Part shown: in pieces, positions 1-9,959 of the stretch
Numbering within the stretch: the first letter of the stretch is position 1
Layout: every line of letters starts with the position of its first letter
Program-made: the position numbers and the translations under genes
The notes under the pieces: model-generated
Database searches by the model: none
What the model saw: the letters and a program-made list of their open reading frames with translations, nothing else
Told to the model about the DNA's origin: nothing
Assembly: GCA_963782915.1 (NCBI GenBank)
Contig: CAWALK010000020.1
Coordinates: 96,001-160,000 of the forward strand
Source of the DNA: an uncultured archaeon
GTDB taxonomy: Archaea; Thermoproteota; Bathyarchaeia; Bathyarchaeales; Bathycorpusculaceae
Direction: 5' to 3'
DNA: 64,000 bases

Positions 1-1
1 A

Positions 2-346
2 ATCGCTGACCAAAACAAAAAAGTACCCTACCTCGGCGCTAACGGCCAATTCGTTCCGGTGGAAGTCATCCCATTCGCGCTCTCACCCGTCAAACGCAAA
101 TTAACAGAGATGGGCGGCAAAGTTACCGTGCGCGAAGCCAAAGGCAAACTCGGCCCAATCATTACCGACAACGGCAACGCAGTCCTCGATGTAGTTTTCG
201 GGGAAATCAGGAACCCGGCGGAGTTGGCGGTTTCGGTGAAGATGATTCCGGGTGTGGCTGAAACCGGCTTCTTTGTCGGTTTAACCGATATAGCCTATCT
301 TGGAACAGCAAGTGGCGTTGAAAAAATAGCGGTACAACGTAAATAA
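2..346 (+). CDS. rpiA: Ribose-5-phosphate isomerase A, C-terminal part (5' truncated by window)
   Basis: PVEVIPF, ITDNGNAVLD and IPGVAETGFF motifs; frame open from position 2. Confidence 0.9.
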   Translation: MADQNKKVPYLGANGQFVPVEVIPFALSPVKRKLTEMGGKVTVREAKGKLGPIITDNGNAVLDVVFGEIRNPAELAVSVKMIPGVAETGFFVGLTDIAYLGTASGVEKIAVQRK

Positions 347-441
347 CGCTTTTTTAGCGGTATTTCATTTTGTGGCTGACTTTTTGCAGTCACACACCCA
401 TAAATAACTAAAAATCCTAATTTTTCATTCAGGTCTTGAAC

Positions 442-597
442 ATGTCAATACTTTTGTGGATAGCTCTCATCATAATAGTGCTATGGCTCTTCGGTTGGAT
501 ACTGCTGCCCGGCATCGGCTTCCTGATACATATCTTGCTCATCATCGGCATCATACTGCTTGTTGTCTGGCTCATCACCGGAAGAAGACCAGTATAG
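442..597 (+). CDS. 51-aa two-helix membrane protein (lmo0937/DUF5670-like), not in ORF track
   Basis: ATG 442 to TAG 597: MSILLWIALIIIVLWLFGWILLPGIGFLIHILLIIGIILLVVWLITGRRPV; GFLIHILL and C-terminal GRR are typical of the family. Confidence 0.8.
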   Translation: MSILLWIALIIIVLWLFGWILLPGIGFLIHILLIIGIILLVVWLITGRRPV

Positions 598-668
598 CGC
601 CAAATCAAAACCTAACCTTCTCTCTTTTTATTTTTATATATTTCTTGCTTTTGGTTGCGATTTCTCTC

Positions 669-701
669 TACCCCCTCCCCTATTTATACTCTCAGCAACT
701 G
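669..701 (+). repeat. Dispersed repeat family B, copy 1 (TACCCCCTCCCC-TTATTTATA core)
   Basis: taccccctcccctatttatactctcagcaactg; similar to copies at ~6204, 29872, 41557, 41602 and 62253. Confidence 0.7.
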
Positions 702-729
702 TTGAATTGCTAACTTGGGGGTTAAACGT

Positions 730-861
730 TCATTGACCGAATGTTGGTTTGCCCATGCAGTTGTGCATTCTGAATTGCGGATACTCTGCAGCTGTTTTAT
801 AGTTAAGTGATGTTTGGGTGAGGCTTCTGTATACAGAAACCATTTGTTGCTCTCTAGACAT
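730..861 (-). CDS. Putative 43-aa microprotein
   Basis: ATG at 861 directly preceded by GGGAGGAG; MSREQQMVSVYRSLTQTSLNYKTAAEYPQFRMHNCMGKPTFGQ. Confidence 0.4.
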   Translation of the reverse strand: MSREQQMVSVYRSLTQTSLNYKTAAEYPQFRMHNCMGKPTFGQ

Positions 862-1067
862 CTCCTCCCTTGTAAAAGTCAAAAAGCACCATTTGATTTT
901 AAATAAGGTATATAGCGCTACTACCATCACTCTCTAATTAAAGGAAAACTCAACAAAGAAATTGTTTTTGCGATGAGACTTCACTCTCTTACTCTCCATA
1001 AATAAAAGCGCAAGGAACTCGACTTTTTTAGCCTAAATTGGCTTGCTTACTTGCTTGCTTAACAGAG

Positions 1068-1083
1068 TTGACAAACTTGTCAA
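1068..1083. promoter_or_regulatory. Inverted repeat TTGACAA-AC-TTGTCAA upstream of Lrp/kdp cluster
   Basis: Perfect 7-bp arms, preceded by GCTT tetranucleotide repeats (1041-1060). Confidence 0.4.
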
Positions 1084-1206
1084 ATGCAGTTCGCAAAAAC
1101 ATTAAAGAGATAATTTCAGATGTCTAAACTCTTAACCTCAAACGACAACTCCATATGCTTGAAAATTCCATATGTGGTTTGGACTGAGGAAATCGAAGGA
1201 ACCAAT

Positions 1207-1500
1207 TTGAGTCAATTCACCGCATCCGTAAACATGTTCGTAGAATCAGCCGAAAAAGAAAACATCTTAGCGGCACTTTCAAAAATAGAGGCTATAAAAG
1301 AAGTCTATGAAGTAGCTGGCGAATATGACATAGTCTCTGTCATTTCAACCTCTTGCTTAGAAGAATTCAGAGACTTATTACACAAACAAATCCTAATAAT
1401 CAAAGGGATAAAAAGCACTGTAATAACGGTGATTTTAAAGCTGCACAATCTTCCAAGTAATTCTTATACGGATAGATATATAACCAACAAAAAAGACTAA
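1207..1500 (+). CDS. Stand-alone Lrp/AsnC ligand-binding (RAM) domain protein
   Basis: EVYEVAGEYDIV...IKGIKSTVIT motif, no HTH; likely TTG start at 1207 (track start 1120). Confidence 0.85.
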   Translation: MSQFTASVNMFVESAEKENILAALSKIEAIKEVYEVAGEYDIVSVISTSCLEEFRDLLHKQILIIKGIKSTVITVILKLHNLPSNSYTDRYITNKKD

Positions 1501-1520
1501 TATTGGAAAGATGACCCCAT

Positions 1521-1832
1521 TTGTCCCGTTTATACGCGTTTATTGATATTTTCGTTGAAGCATCCGAAATGGACAATGTAGCTGCGGAGCTCACAAAACT
1601 AAAGAACTTAGAAGAATTATACGAGGTCACAGGAGAATTCGACATAGTTACCTTAGTTTCAGCTGAGGACATCGAAGAATTTAGGGACGTTTTAAAAAAC
1701 CAGATCATGAAGATAAAAGGCGTAAAGAGCACCGTTAGCTCGGTTGTTCTAAAAGTCCACAAGGGTCCCAGATTCAACTGTGACACTACAGTCCAACCTT
1801 CCGCTGAAGCCGATATTTTTAAAAAACCATAA
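1521..1832 (+). CDS. Stand-alone Lrp/AsnC ligand-binding (RAM) domain protein, paralog of preceding gene
   Basis: ELYEVTGEFDIV...IKGVKSTVSS motif, no HTH. Confidence 0.88.
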   Translation: MSRLYAFIDIFVEASEMDNVAAELTKLKNLEELYEVTGEFDIVTLVSAEDIEEFRDVLKNQIMKIKGVKSTVSSVVLKVHKGPRFNCDTTVQPSAEADIFKKP

Positions 1833-1872
1833 CTTCTGACTAGTTTAAGGTGAACAATGATATCCTTAGGGA

Positions 1873-3540
1873 TTGTATATTTTGATAGACATTTCACAGG
1901 CGTCAACAGTTATTCTGCTTATTGCTGTAACGATATTCGCAGGTTGGCGTCTAGCTCCTTACCTAACAAGAGTATTTAGCCGTGCACCAACTCGACTTGA
2001 CCGAATCCTCAATCCAATAGAGAATTTCATCTACAAAATCTCGGGCGTTGACCCAAACAGTGGAATGAGTTGGAAGCGTTATTTCTACTCCGCTTTACTA
2101 CTCAACATCTTTCTAATGGTTATTGCATTCATAATTTTCCTTTTTCAAGACAGACTACCGCTTAACCCTCAAGGATTCCCTGGGCTATCTTTAGATTTAG
2201 CATTCAACACCGCCGTATCATTTGGCACAAACACCGACTTACAACACTACAACGGCGAAGCAACCCTCTCAATCTTTAGTCAAATGTCTGCGATTCAGCT
2301 TCTCCAATTCACCTGTGCAGCCACTGGTCTATGTGTTGCCATCGCTATGGTGAGAGGCTTCAAATCTGGCTCAAAAGATATGGGGAACTTTCACGTCGAT
2401 TTTATTCGTTCCCTAACCCGTATCTATCTTCCATTATGCTTGGTGGCGGCAATAGTCTTGGTTGCACTCGGCTGTCCTCAAACACTGGACGCTGCTTCTT
2501 TAGTTAAGACGGTGGAGGGTGGAACACAAACAATTCTTGTGGGCCCCGTTGCCTCACTTGAATCTATAATGCAGTTAGGCACTAATGGTGGAGGATACTT
2601 TGGCGCTAATAACGCTCACCCATTCATGAACCCAAATCCTGCATCTAACCTATTTGAAATGTTTCTTATGCTGTTAATTCCAACGGCGTTGATTTTTGTT
2701 TACGGTCGTTTACTGGGTCAGAAAAAGGAAACAAAACCGCTCCTTATTGCAGCATACGCCTTATTGACGTTAAACCTTATCATTGCCTTTCTCCCGAACA
2801 TTCCGATTGTAGCTCAAGGCATTGAAACAAGAATTGGCGGATTCAACTCCGCTCTATGGACAGTATTTACTACTGCAACAGGTACTGGGTCGGTAAACAC
2901 AGTTCTCCCTGCAATGAACCCTCTCACAGTTCTCTCAGGCTTTATGGGCATGTTCATTCAGGCATCACCAGGCGGTACAGGCGTGGGCTTGATGTACCTG
3001 ATAATGTACATTGTCATAACGGTATTTCTAGTCGGGCTCATGTCTGGCAGAACACCTGAGTATTTAGGGATAAAAATCACTGCCCGCGACATCAAACTTG
3101 TTATGATTGCCTTCCTTATTCACCCGCTCATTATTCTAATTCCAACAATCATAGCTTACGCGAGTGGTGCTGTAAGCGCAGTGGGATTAAGCGGCAACTC
3201 GATTGGTTTTACACAGATACTTTGGGAGTTTACATCTAGCGCTGCCAACAACGGCTCAGACTTTTTAGGCGCCTCAGGAAACACGCCCTTCTTTAACATC
3301 TCTACTGCGATTGTGATACTGATAGGTCGCTTTGCACCGATATTTTTACTGCTAGCACTTGGCGGCTCGATGATTGGAAGAAAACGAAGCACTGAAATTG
3401 GGCTTAAAACTGACAGTATCATCTTCTCTATTGTGCTAGTAGTAGCTATACTAATTGTTGTGGTGTTATCGTTCCTGCCCTTCTTGGCTTTAGGACCAAT
3501 ATTATCGTTCTTTTCAGGACTGGGGAATGGATTTGTCTAA
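1873..3540 (+). CDS. kdpA: Potassium-transporting ATPase subunit A
   Basis: FNTAVSFGTNT, LGTNGGG, GRTPEYLG and SAANNGS pore-loop motifs. Confidence 0.96.
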   Translation: MYILIDISQASTVILLIAVTIFAGWRLAPYLTRVFSRAPTRLDRILNPIENFIYKISGVDPNSGMSWKRYFYSALLLNIFLMVIAFIIFLFQDRLPLNPQGFPGLSLDLAFNTAVSFGTNTDLQHYNGEATLSIFSQMSAIQLLQFTCAATGLCVAIAMVRGFKSGSKDMGNFHVDFIRSLTRIYLPLCLVAAIVLVALGCPQTLDAASLVKTVEGGTQTILVGPVASLESIMQLGTNGGGYFGANNAHPFMNPNPASNLFEMFLMLLIPTALIFVYGRLLGQKKETKPLLIAAYALLTLNLIIAFLPNIPIVAQGIETRIGGFNSALWTVFTTATGTGSVNTVLPAMNPLTVLSGFMGMFIQASPGGTGVGLMYLIMYIVITVFLVGLMSGRTPEYLGIKITARDIKLVMIAFLIHPLIILIPTIIAYASGAVSAVGLSGNSIGFTQILWEFTSSAANNGSDFLGASGNTPFFNISTAIVILIGRFAPIFLLLALGGSMIGRKRSTEIGLKTDSIIFSIVLVVAILIVVVLSFLPFLALGPILSFFSGLGNGFV

Positions 3541-5687
3541 GTATAACCCAAGAACGACCAGCTTCTGCGGCTAAGATTGAGCAGAAATCAAAGGCCTTAA
3601 CTGGACAGGTACTGCTTGATTCACTATTACGGCTCAACCCAAGGCAGCTAATCGGAAACCCAGTGATGTTCCTTGTTGAAGTAACATTCTTTATCGTTTT
3701 AGCTCTAGCCATATATCCGCAGGGTTTCTACCCAGTTGCAAACCTCAGCCAGAGACCCTTCTACATAACCGTAGCAGCAATTCTACTCTTGACCGTATGG
3801 TTTAGCACCCTATCTGATGCATTGGCAGAGAAACAGGCTAAAAACACTGCAAACAGCCTGCGAAAACTAGAAGCCGAGGTTCCTGCAAAGAAAATAGTGA
3901 CTGCGGGCTGGGAAAGAAAGGTTGTTTTAACCTCCTCTAAATCACTGATGAAGGGTGATTTGCTTTTACTTGAACACGATGACTTAGTGCCATCTGATGC
4001 TGAAGTGCTCGAGGGCATCGCAATGGTTGATGAGTCGCTTTTAACTGGTGAGTCTGTGCCTGTTCGTAAAGCGCCTGGCGACATGCTGATAGGAGGCTCT
4101 AAAATCGCTAGTGACACCTTGACTGTGAAGGTTACGGTGAACCCTGAGGAAAGCTTCATCAATCAAATGATAAAGCTGGTTGAGTCTTCTAAACGTCCCA
4201 AGACACCCAATGAGCAAGCAATTACAATGATTCTGCTTGGGTTAACGGCGATATTTAGCATAATAATTGTCTCGCTTCTCGGTCTCTCAGTTGTGTTGGG
4301 GCTCAACGGCGACTTATCGGTTCTAATCGCACTTTACGTTTGCCTGCTACCAACCACAATAGGCGCTTTGTTACCTGCCATTGGGCTTTCAGGCATATCT
4401 CGTCTCTACAAAAGAAAGGTAGTTGCAAAATCTGGCAGAGCCATAGAAACCGCTGGCGACGTTGATGTGGTGCTACTGGATAAAACAGGTACCATTACAG
4501 TGGGCAATAGGCAAGCTATCGAATTCATACCATTTGGTGAATTTACCGTAGAAGATGTAGGTGAAGCGGCTTTCATCTCCTCATGGTACGACGACACACC
4601 AGAGGGTCGCAGCATCATTCGATTAGCCCACGAGAAAGGCTACATCCCAAAGGAACTAAACTCGCTTACACTCTCCGAAGTCTACCCATTTTCAGCTTCT
4701 ACACGTACCAGTGGCATAAAAATCGCCAGTAGCACCGAGTTTATGTTGCCTAAACATGGCGCTGGTATGAGGTTAAGAAGAAAAGCCTTGTCCAGCGAAG
4801 AAGAATCCGTAACCTCCGAGTTAGAAATAACCATTATGAAGGGTGCTCCCAACGCGATTGAGCAATTACTTGAATCGGTGCCTCCAGAATACAACGATGT
4901 AGCTACAAAGATTTCCTCTGAGGGAGATACACCCATTGCTATAGCACGAAACGGCGAAGCCGTGGGGATGATACGGTTAAAAGACGTTCTAAAAGTTGGG
5001 ATTAAAGAAAAGATTCAAGCAATCAAACTAATGGGCATACGGCCTGTTATGATCACTGGCGATCAGCCGCTAACAGCTAAAAGCATAGCTTGTGAAGTAG
5101 ATATTACAGAGTATGTTCCTCAGGCTAAACCTGAAAACAAGTATGAGATAGTGCTAAAAGAGCAAGCCCAAACCCGAATCGTAGCTATGATCGGCGATGG
5201 CACAAACGATGCTCCTGCCCTCGCCAAAGCAGACGTTGGCTTAGCGATGAACTCTGGTACCGAAGCCGCTAAAGAAGCTGCTAACATGGTGGATTTAGAA
5301 TCAAACCCTGCAAAAATAATCGATGTCGTCTTGCTTGGCAAACAACTTCTCATGACACGCGGAGCAGTCACCACATTTAGCATAGCTAACGATGTCGCAA
5401 AATACTTCGCCATAATGCCTGTACTATTTGCCTCTGCTGCCCCCGCTCTTCAAGCCCTAAACATCCTTAATCTGGGTTTACAGACCGCTGTATTATCGGC
5501 TTTGATTTTTAATGCGATTATTATTCCGCTTCTAATCCCATTGGCGATGCGTGGTATAGCATTTAAGCCCGCAAGCACCATGGCGCTGTTCCTTAGAAAC
5601 ACTTTGATCTATGGTGTCGGCGGTTTAATCGTGCCCTTTGTCGGCATCAAATTAATCGATTTACTACTCGTCCAATTACTGGTATAA
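3537..5687 (+). CDS. kdpB: Potassium-transporting ATPase subunit B (P-type); start uncertain
   Basis: DKTGT, TGES, GDGTNDAP and TTFSIANDVAKYF motifs; conserved LNPRQLIGNPVMF extends the frame upstream of track start 3663. Confidence 0.96.
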   Translation, partial: LSITQERPASAAKIEQKSKALTGQVLLDSLLRLNPRQLIGNPVMFLVEVTFFIVLALAIYPQGFYPVANLSQRPFYITVAAILLLTVWFSTLSDALAEKQAKNTANSLRKLEAEVPAKKIVTAGWERKVVLTSSKSLMKGDLLLLEHDDLVPSDAEVLEGIAMVDESLLTGESVPVRKAPGDMLIGGSKIASDTLTVKVTVNPEESFINQMIKLVESSKRPKTPNEQAITMILLGLTAIFSIIIVSLLGLSVVLGLNGDLSVLIALYVCLLPTTIGALLPAIGLSGISRLYKRKVVAKSGRAIETAGDVDVVLLDKTGTITVGNRQAIEFIPFGEFTVEDVGEAAFISSWYDDTPEGRSIIRLAHEKGYIPKELNSLTLSEVYPFSASTRTSGIKIASSTEFMLPKHGAGMRLRRKALSSEEESVTSELEITIMKGAPNAIEQLLESVPPEYNDVATKISSEGDTPIAIARNGEAVGMIRLKDVLKVGIKEKIQAIKLMGIRPVMITGDQPLTAKSIACEVDITEYVPQAKPENKYEIVLKEQAQTRIVAMIGDGTNDAPALAKADVGLAMNSGTEAAKEAANMVDLESNPAKIIDVVLLGKQLLMTRGAVTTFSIANDVAKYFAIMPVLFASAAPALQALNILNLGLQTAVLSALIFNAIIIPLLIPLAMRGIAFKPASTMALFLRNTLIYGVGGLIVPFVGIKLIDLLLVQLLV

Positions 5688-5698
5688 GGTGAAAATGT

Positions 5699-6150
5699 TT
5701 GAGTATACTAAAAAAACATAAGTGGGCGCTTCAACCAGCCCTAGCTATAGCGTTGCTTTCGCTTATTGTATGTGGCTTGCTCTATCCGCTTGCCGTGACA
5801 GGCATAACTCAAGTTCTGTTCCCCTATCAAGCCAACGGAGAAATAATATACGTCAACGGAAAAGCAGTTGGCTCAGACTTGATTGCTCAAACCTTCACTT
5901 GCCCATCTTTTTCCATCCAAGAAATGACTCAGCCTCAGGAGTAGACCCCCAAATCACCCTTGAGGATGCATATTCACAGGTTCCCAGAATACAAAACGCC
6001 ACAAGCATCCCTGAAGCGACGCTTAAACAGTTAATCGATGCTAACCAAGAGGGAACACTCGGGGGATTTGGCCGTTCCTACATTAATGTGCTGCATGTCA
6101 ACTTGGAACTCATTGAGACTTACCCAACGGCATACGCGGATTTCCAGTAA
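5699..6150 (+). CDS. kdpC: Potassium-transporting ATPase subunit C (frameshift ~5900)
   Basis: YPLAVTGITQVLFPYQANG, GSDLIAQ, then SASGVDPQI and YINVLHVNLEL in the next frame. Confidence 0.92.
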
Positions 6151-6203
6151 ACCCGATCCTGTGCAACACGCTATGACCTCTGACCACACGACCTCTCAGC
6201 AGC

Positions 6204-6228
6204 TACCTCCCCTCCCCTTATTTTAAGG
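6204..6228 (+). repeat. Dispersed repeat family B, copy 2
   Basis: tacctcccctccccttattttaagg. Confidence 0.6.
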
Positions 6229-6285
6229 CAAAAAAGCCGCCGCGGCCACTAAGTCTTTTAAGCTAAAACCCCCGATTAATCCACC

Positions 6286-6771
6286 ATGAAACTCGTCTCC
6301 GCCTGCCTACTTGGCATCAACTGCAACTACGAAGGCAAAAACTGGCTCCAACCCCAACTCCTCGAAGAATTCAAAAAAGGCGAATTATTCCCAGTCTGCC
6401 CCGAAGTCCTAGGCGGCCTATCAGTCCCGCGAGTACCAGCCGAAATCCCCGACGGCGACGGCTTAGACGTCATAGAAGGCAAAGCCTACGTCATAAACAT
6501 GCAGGGCATCGATGTCACCGACGAATTCATGAAAGGAGCCTATCTGGTTCTGAGGATCGCTGAGGCTATTGGCGCAAAAGAAGCCATCTTTATCGAAAAA
6601 AGCCCCTCTTGCGGCAGCAACGTAATTTTTGACGGCACTTTTACCGACAAATTCAAAGCAGGCGACGGAGTAACAACCGCGCTCCTCAAGAAGAACGGCA
6701 TAAAAGTGACCTGCGTAAAAGCTGGCAAAAAAGAGTTAGTTACCAGTTCCGCAGAACAATCATCGTGTTAG
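6286..6771 (+). CDS. DUF523 / 2-thiouracil desulfurase family Fe-S protein
   Basis: VSACLLG, PVCPEVLGGL, KSPSCG and GDGVTTALL motifs; true end may be a few codons earlier. Confidence 0.9.
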   Translation: MKLVSACLLGINCNYEGKNWLQPQLLEEFKKGELFPVCPEVLGGLSVPRVPAEIPDGDGLDVIEGKAYVINMQGIDVTDEFMKGAYLVLRIAEAIGAKEAIFIEKSPSCGSNVIFDGTFTDKFKAGDGVTTALLKKNGIKVTCVKAGKKELVTSSAEQSSC

Positions 6772-7150
6772 TCTTCATAATCCCTTCAACACGGCGAATT
6801 TTCTCTATGCATTCGTTGACTTCGGTGACGTTCATGCCGCTGATAACAGCGATGATGTCGTATTCGCCTGTGACTTCATAGATAGTTTCAACATTCGGTA
6901 TCTCCATGATCTTTTTTGATACTTCCACGGTTGGGTAAGCCGGGTTGGTGGCTAATAGAGTGATGGCTTGGGCTCCCTCAGCGACGCCTACCTTAACTGT
7001 GAACTTTCTGATGACGCCTTCGTCGGTTAGGGTCTTGATTCTTTTGCGTACTGCGCCTTCGGAGAGGCTGATTTGGCTGCCGATGTCTGCGTAACCTGCT
7101 CGAGAGTCGTCTTTTAGGAGTTTTATGATTTGCTTGTCTTTCTCATCCAT
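6740..7150 (-). CDS. lysM: Lrp/AsnC-family regulator LysM, divergent from lysW operon
   Basis: MDEKDKQII...SEGAVRKRIKTL HTH plus RAM domain; synteny with lysWX. Confidence 0.85.
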   Translation of the reverse strand: MDEKDKQIIKLLKDDSRAGYADIGSQISLSEGAVRKRIKTLTDEGVIRKFTVKVGVAEGAQAITLLATNPAYPTVEVSKKIMEIPNVETIYEVTGEYDIIAVISGMNVTEVNECIEKIRRVEGIMKTNTMIVLRNW

Positions 7151-7429
7151 GAGTTTAGCCCAATGGTTTATGGTGTCGAAAAATTTAACGTTTTCCATAC
7201 TAGACATTCGTAGAATACTGCGGATTCCGTCCTTTTAGGCACGTTTACTGTGCGTTTTTTGTGTGATTAGAGCGGTAAATTGCCTGTACTAAATGGGACA
7301 TTAAGAGTCCAAGTTGTAACAAATAAGTCACAATGTTTAAAAGATTCCGGAAATACTCAAAATGACATTTCCTATAAAAAAATAAAGTGACCAGCAAAAA
7401 TGATTAAACAAGCAAATCATCCCGAAGAG

Positions 7430-7615
7430 GTGAACGCTATCACTAAGGCAAAATGCCCCGACTGTGATGCTGTACTTGACGTTCCATGTGACACTGAAAA
7501 GGGAGAAATTCTAAGCTGCCCCGGATGTGGACTTGAACTTGAAGTTAAACAGGTTAAAGGCGGATGCGTAGACCTTCAAGAGCTCACCATTGAAGGCGAA
7601 GACTGGGGCGAATAA
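7430..7615 (+). CDS. lysW: Amino-group carrier protein LysW/ArgW (start uncertain, 7400-7439)
   Basis: CPDC...CPGC zinc ribbon and C-terminal EDWGE. Confidence 0.95.
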   Translation: MNAITKAKCPDCDAVLDVPCDTEKGEILSCPGCGLELEVKQVKGGCVDLQELTIEGEDWGE

Positions 7616-7680
7616 ACAGTATCCACCAAACTATTCTCTTGTGTTAAACCACCCTTTTAAGGCAAAATTTTACTTGGACG

Positions 7681-8874
7681 ATGACAGCGATGAGCATTGC
7701 ACTTTTGTATGAGCGCTCGGAGAACGACGAAAACGGCATTAAACTGACTGCACAGCAACTCGATATAGAGTTAGCTTTTATTCCCTTCCGAAAAATCGCC
7801 TTATCCATCGGCAAAGACGGTTTCACCGCCAAAACCAAAGGCAAAGACTACACCAAAACCTTCGACGAAACCAAAGTCGTCTTGAACCGTGCACAGAGCA
7901 AAAACCGCCGCCTACAAGCATCATACATCATGGAAGTGCTAGGCAAAAAAGCCATAAACTCATCGCAAATCGAATTCATTTGCTACAGCAAACTCCGCAC
8001 CCTGCTGCTTCTATACAAAGCAGGCATCCCAATTCCAAAAACCGTTTTTGTTCCCTGCGACGCAACCGACGTTATGAAGAACGGGAAAGAAATCCACAAC
8101 GAAAAAGACATCGCTGACCTCTTCGAGGCAGAAATCCCCCTATCTGAGGGCATCGTTATCAAAGCGGATGCTGGAACCCACGGCAAAATGATTATGCTCT
8201 CCAAAAACCGTGAGGAACTCGAAGCTAACATCAAAGAAACCAAACCCACCATCATCAACCCAATCGGGGTAGTCGCACAGGAACTAATCCAGAAATGGTT
8301 CTATGACCTACGAATAATCGTTTCCAAAGAATAGGGAAAAGAACCAGTCTGCTATCATACAGCGATGGCACGGGCTGGCTTCAAAGATTTCCGCACCAAC
8401 ACCTTCCTTGGCAACTTGGTCTTCCATTCAAAATTGCCACAGAGCATTCAGGAGTTGGCGGTGAAATGCGGCAAAACCCTCGGCGAAGGTACTGACGCAT
8501 GGATATTCGCTTTAGACGCCATGGTAAATGTCGGCGATAACAAGAACGCTGATGATGCGTTTCTTAAAGGTCAGCTTGATTTAGCTGCCCAAGCTTGGGT
8601 ACCCGTACAGAAAGTAAAAGCAGACGAAACCCGCTTAACAGACTTTCCAACTTGGAATGGCAAATTAGAAGCTGCCTTCAAGACGTATAAAGCGACTTCT
8701 GCTTACGAAAACGTTAACCATATAATCGAAGAGAGTGTAGAAAAAAATAAGAGCGCTCTAGTGTTTCATGAATCAAATTCTTGCCCCGAATTCTGGGAAA
8801 ACACTCGACTCGCAACTGGATTAAACGTGGCAGTGCCACTTCTCAAGAGCGCTCAAAGCTTAGTCGACCATTAA
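7681..8874 (+). CDS. lysX: Atypical LysX/ArgX-like ATP-grasp ligase; in-frame TAG at 8332-8334
   Basis: SKLRTLLLL..GIPIPKT, QELI, DLRIIV, FRTN and HESNSCPEF motifs; ORFs 7681-8334 and 8365-8874 are in the same frame; position directly after lysW. Confidence 0.75.
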
Positions 8875-8894
8875 CAAAAATAGAGAGAGGAAAC

Positions 8895-9953
8895 ATGACA
8901 ATGCGAATTGGAATAATCGGCGGTTCAGGATATGTTGGCAGTGAACTCCTAAGATTGCTCCTTATGCACCCACAGGTTGAGGTAACAATGGTTACTTCAC
9001 GGCAGAGTGCAGGAGAATTCATTTTCAATGTACACCCCAACCTCAGAGGAATGACTCAGCTAAAGTTTGTTCCCCAAGACATGGCTGAACTCCAGAAAAA
9101 CTGCGACTTAATCTTCACAGCCACTCCACACGGCGGCTCCGTTAACCTAGTCCCCAAACTACTCGAGGCAGGTCTCAAAGTTATTGATATGAGCGCTGAT
9201 TTCCGCCTCAAAAACCCAGCTGACTATGAAACCTACTATGGTTTCAAGCATGCTCATCCAGAAATGCTAAAGGAAGCCGCTTATGGTTTGCCTGAGCTTC
9301 ATCGGGAAGAAATCAAAAAAGCAACGCTTGTTGCTTGCCCCGGCTGCATGGCAACATCCGCCATCTTGGGTTTAGCGCCAATCATCAAAGCAGGCTTAGT
9401 TGATACAGACAAAATCGTTGTTGACCTTAAAGTTGGCAGTTCAGGCGGCGGAAGCAAACCAAACCTTGCTTCACATCATCCTGAACGTTTCAGCGGAGTA
9501 CGCCCCTACCAAGTCACTGGTCATCGGCACACCGCTGAAGTCGAACAAGAACTAACCGCCCTAAGCAGTGCACCAGTAAAAATCGGCTTTACACCCCATG
9601 CAGTTAACATGGTCCGTGGCATCCTCGCAACCATCCATGCCTATCCAAAGCAGCCGATCACATCCAAAGACCTCTGGAAAGCCCTCCGAGGCATGTACGG
9701 CACAGAACCCTTCGTACGCTTAGTCAAATACCAAAAAGGACCCTACCAGCTACCAGACCCCAAAATAGTCATGGGCACAAACTTCTGTGATGTCGGCTTC
9801 GAAATCGACGAACACACAAACCGCCTAATCATGTTCAGCGCCATCGACAACATGACCAAAGGCGCAGCAGGACAAGGCGTTCAATGCCTCAACTTACTAA
9901 TGGGAATTGACGAGACCACAGGCTTAAAGAGCACTGGGTTCCATCCGGTCTGA
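8895..9953 (+). CDS. argC: LysW-gamma-phosphate reductase (LysY/ArgC)
   Basis: IIGGSGYVG, DMSADFRL, YGLPEL, ACPGC and DNMTKGAAGQ motifs. Confidence 0.95.
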   Translation: MTMRIGIIGGSGYVGSELLRLLLMHPQVEVTMVTSRQSAGEFIFNVHPNLRGMTQLKFVPQDMAELQKNCDLIFTATPHGGSVNLVPKLLEAGLKVIDMSADFRLKNPADYETYYGFKHAHPEMLKEAAYGLPELHREEIKKATLVACPGCMATSAILGLAPIIKAGLVDTDKIVVDLKVGSSGGGSKPNLASHHPERFSGVRPYQVTGHRHTAEVEQELTALSSAPVKIGFTPHAVNMVRGILATIHAYPKQPITSKDLWKALRGMYGTEPFVRLVKYQKGPYQLPDPKIVMGTNFCDVGFEIDEHTNRLIMFSAIDNMTKGAAGQGVQCLNLLMGIDETTGLKSTGFHPV

Positions 9954-9959
9954 TACGCT

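Noticed and set aside
456-713. 85-aa His-rich ORF from the track
   Set aside because: Out-of-frame shadow of the 442-597 membrane protein
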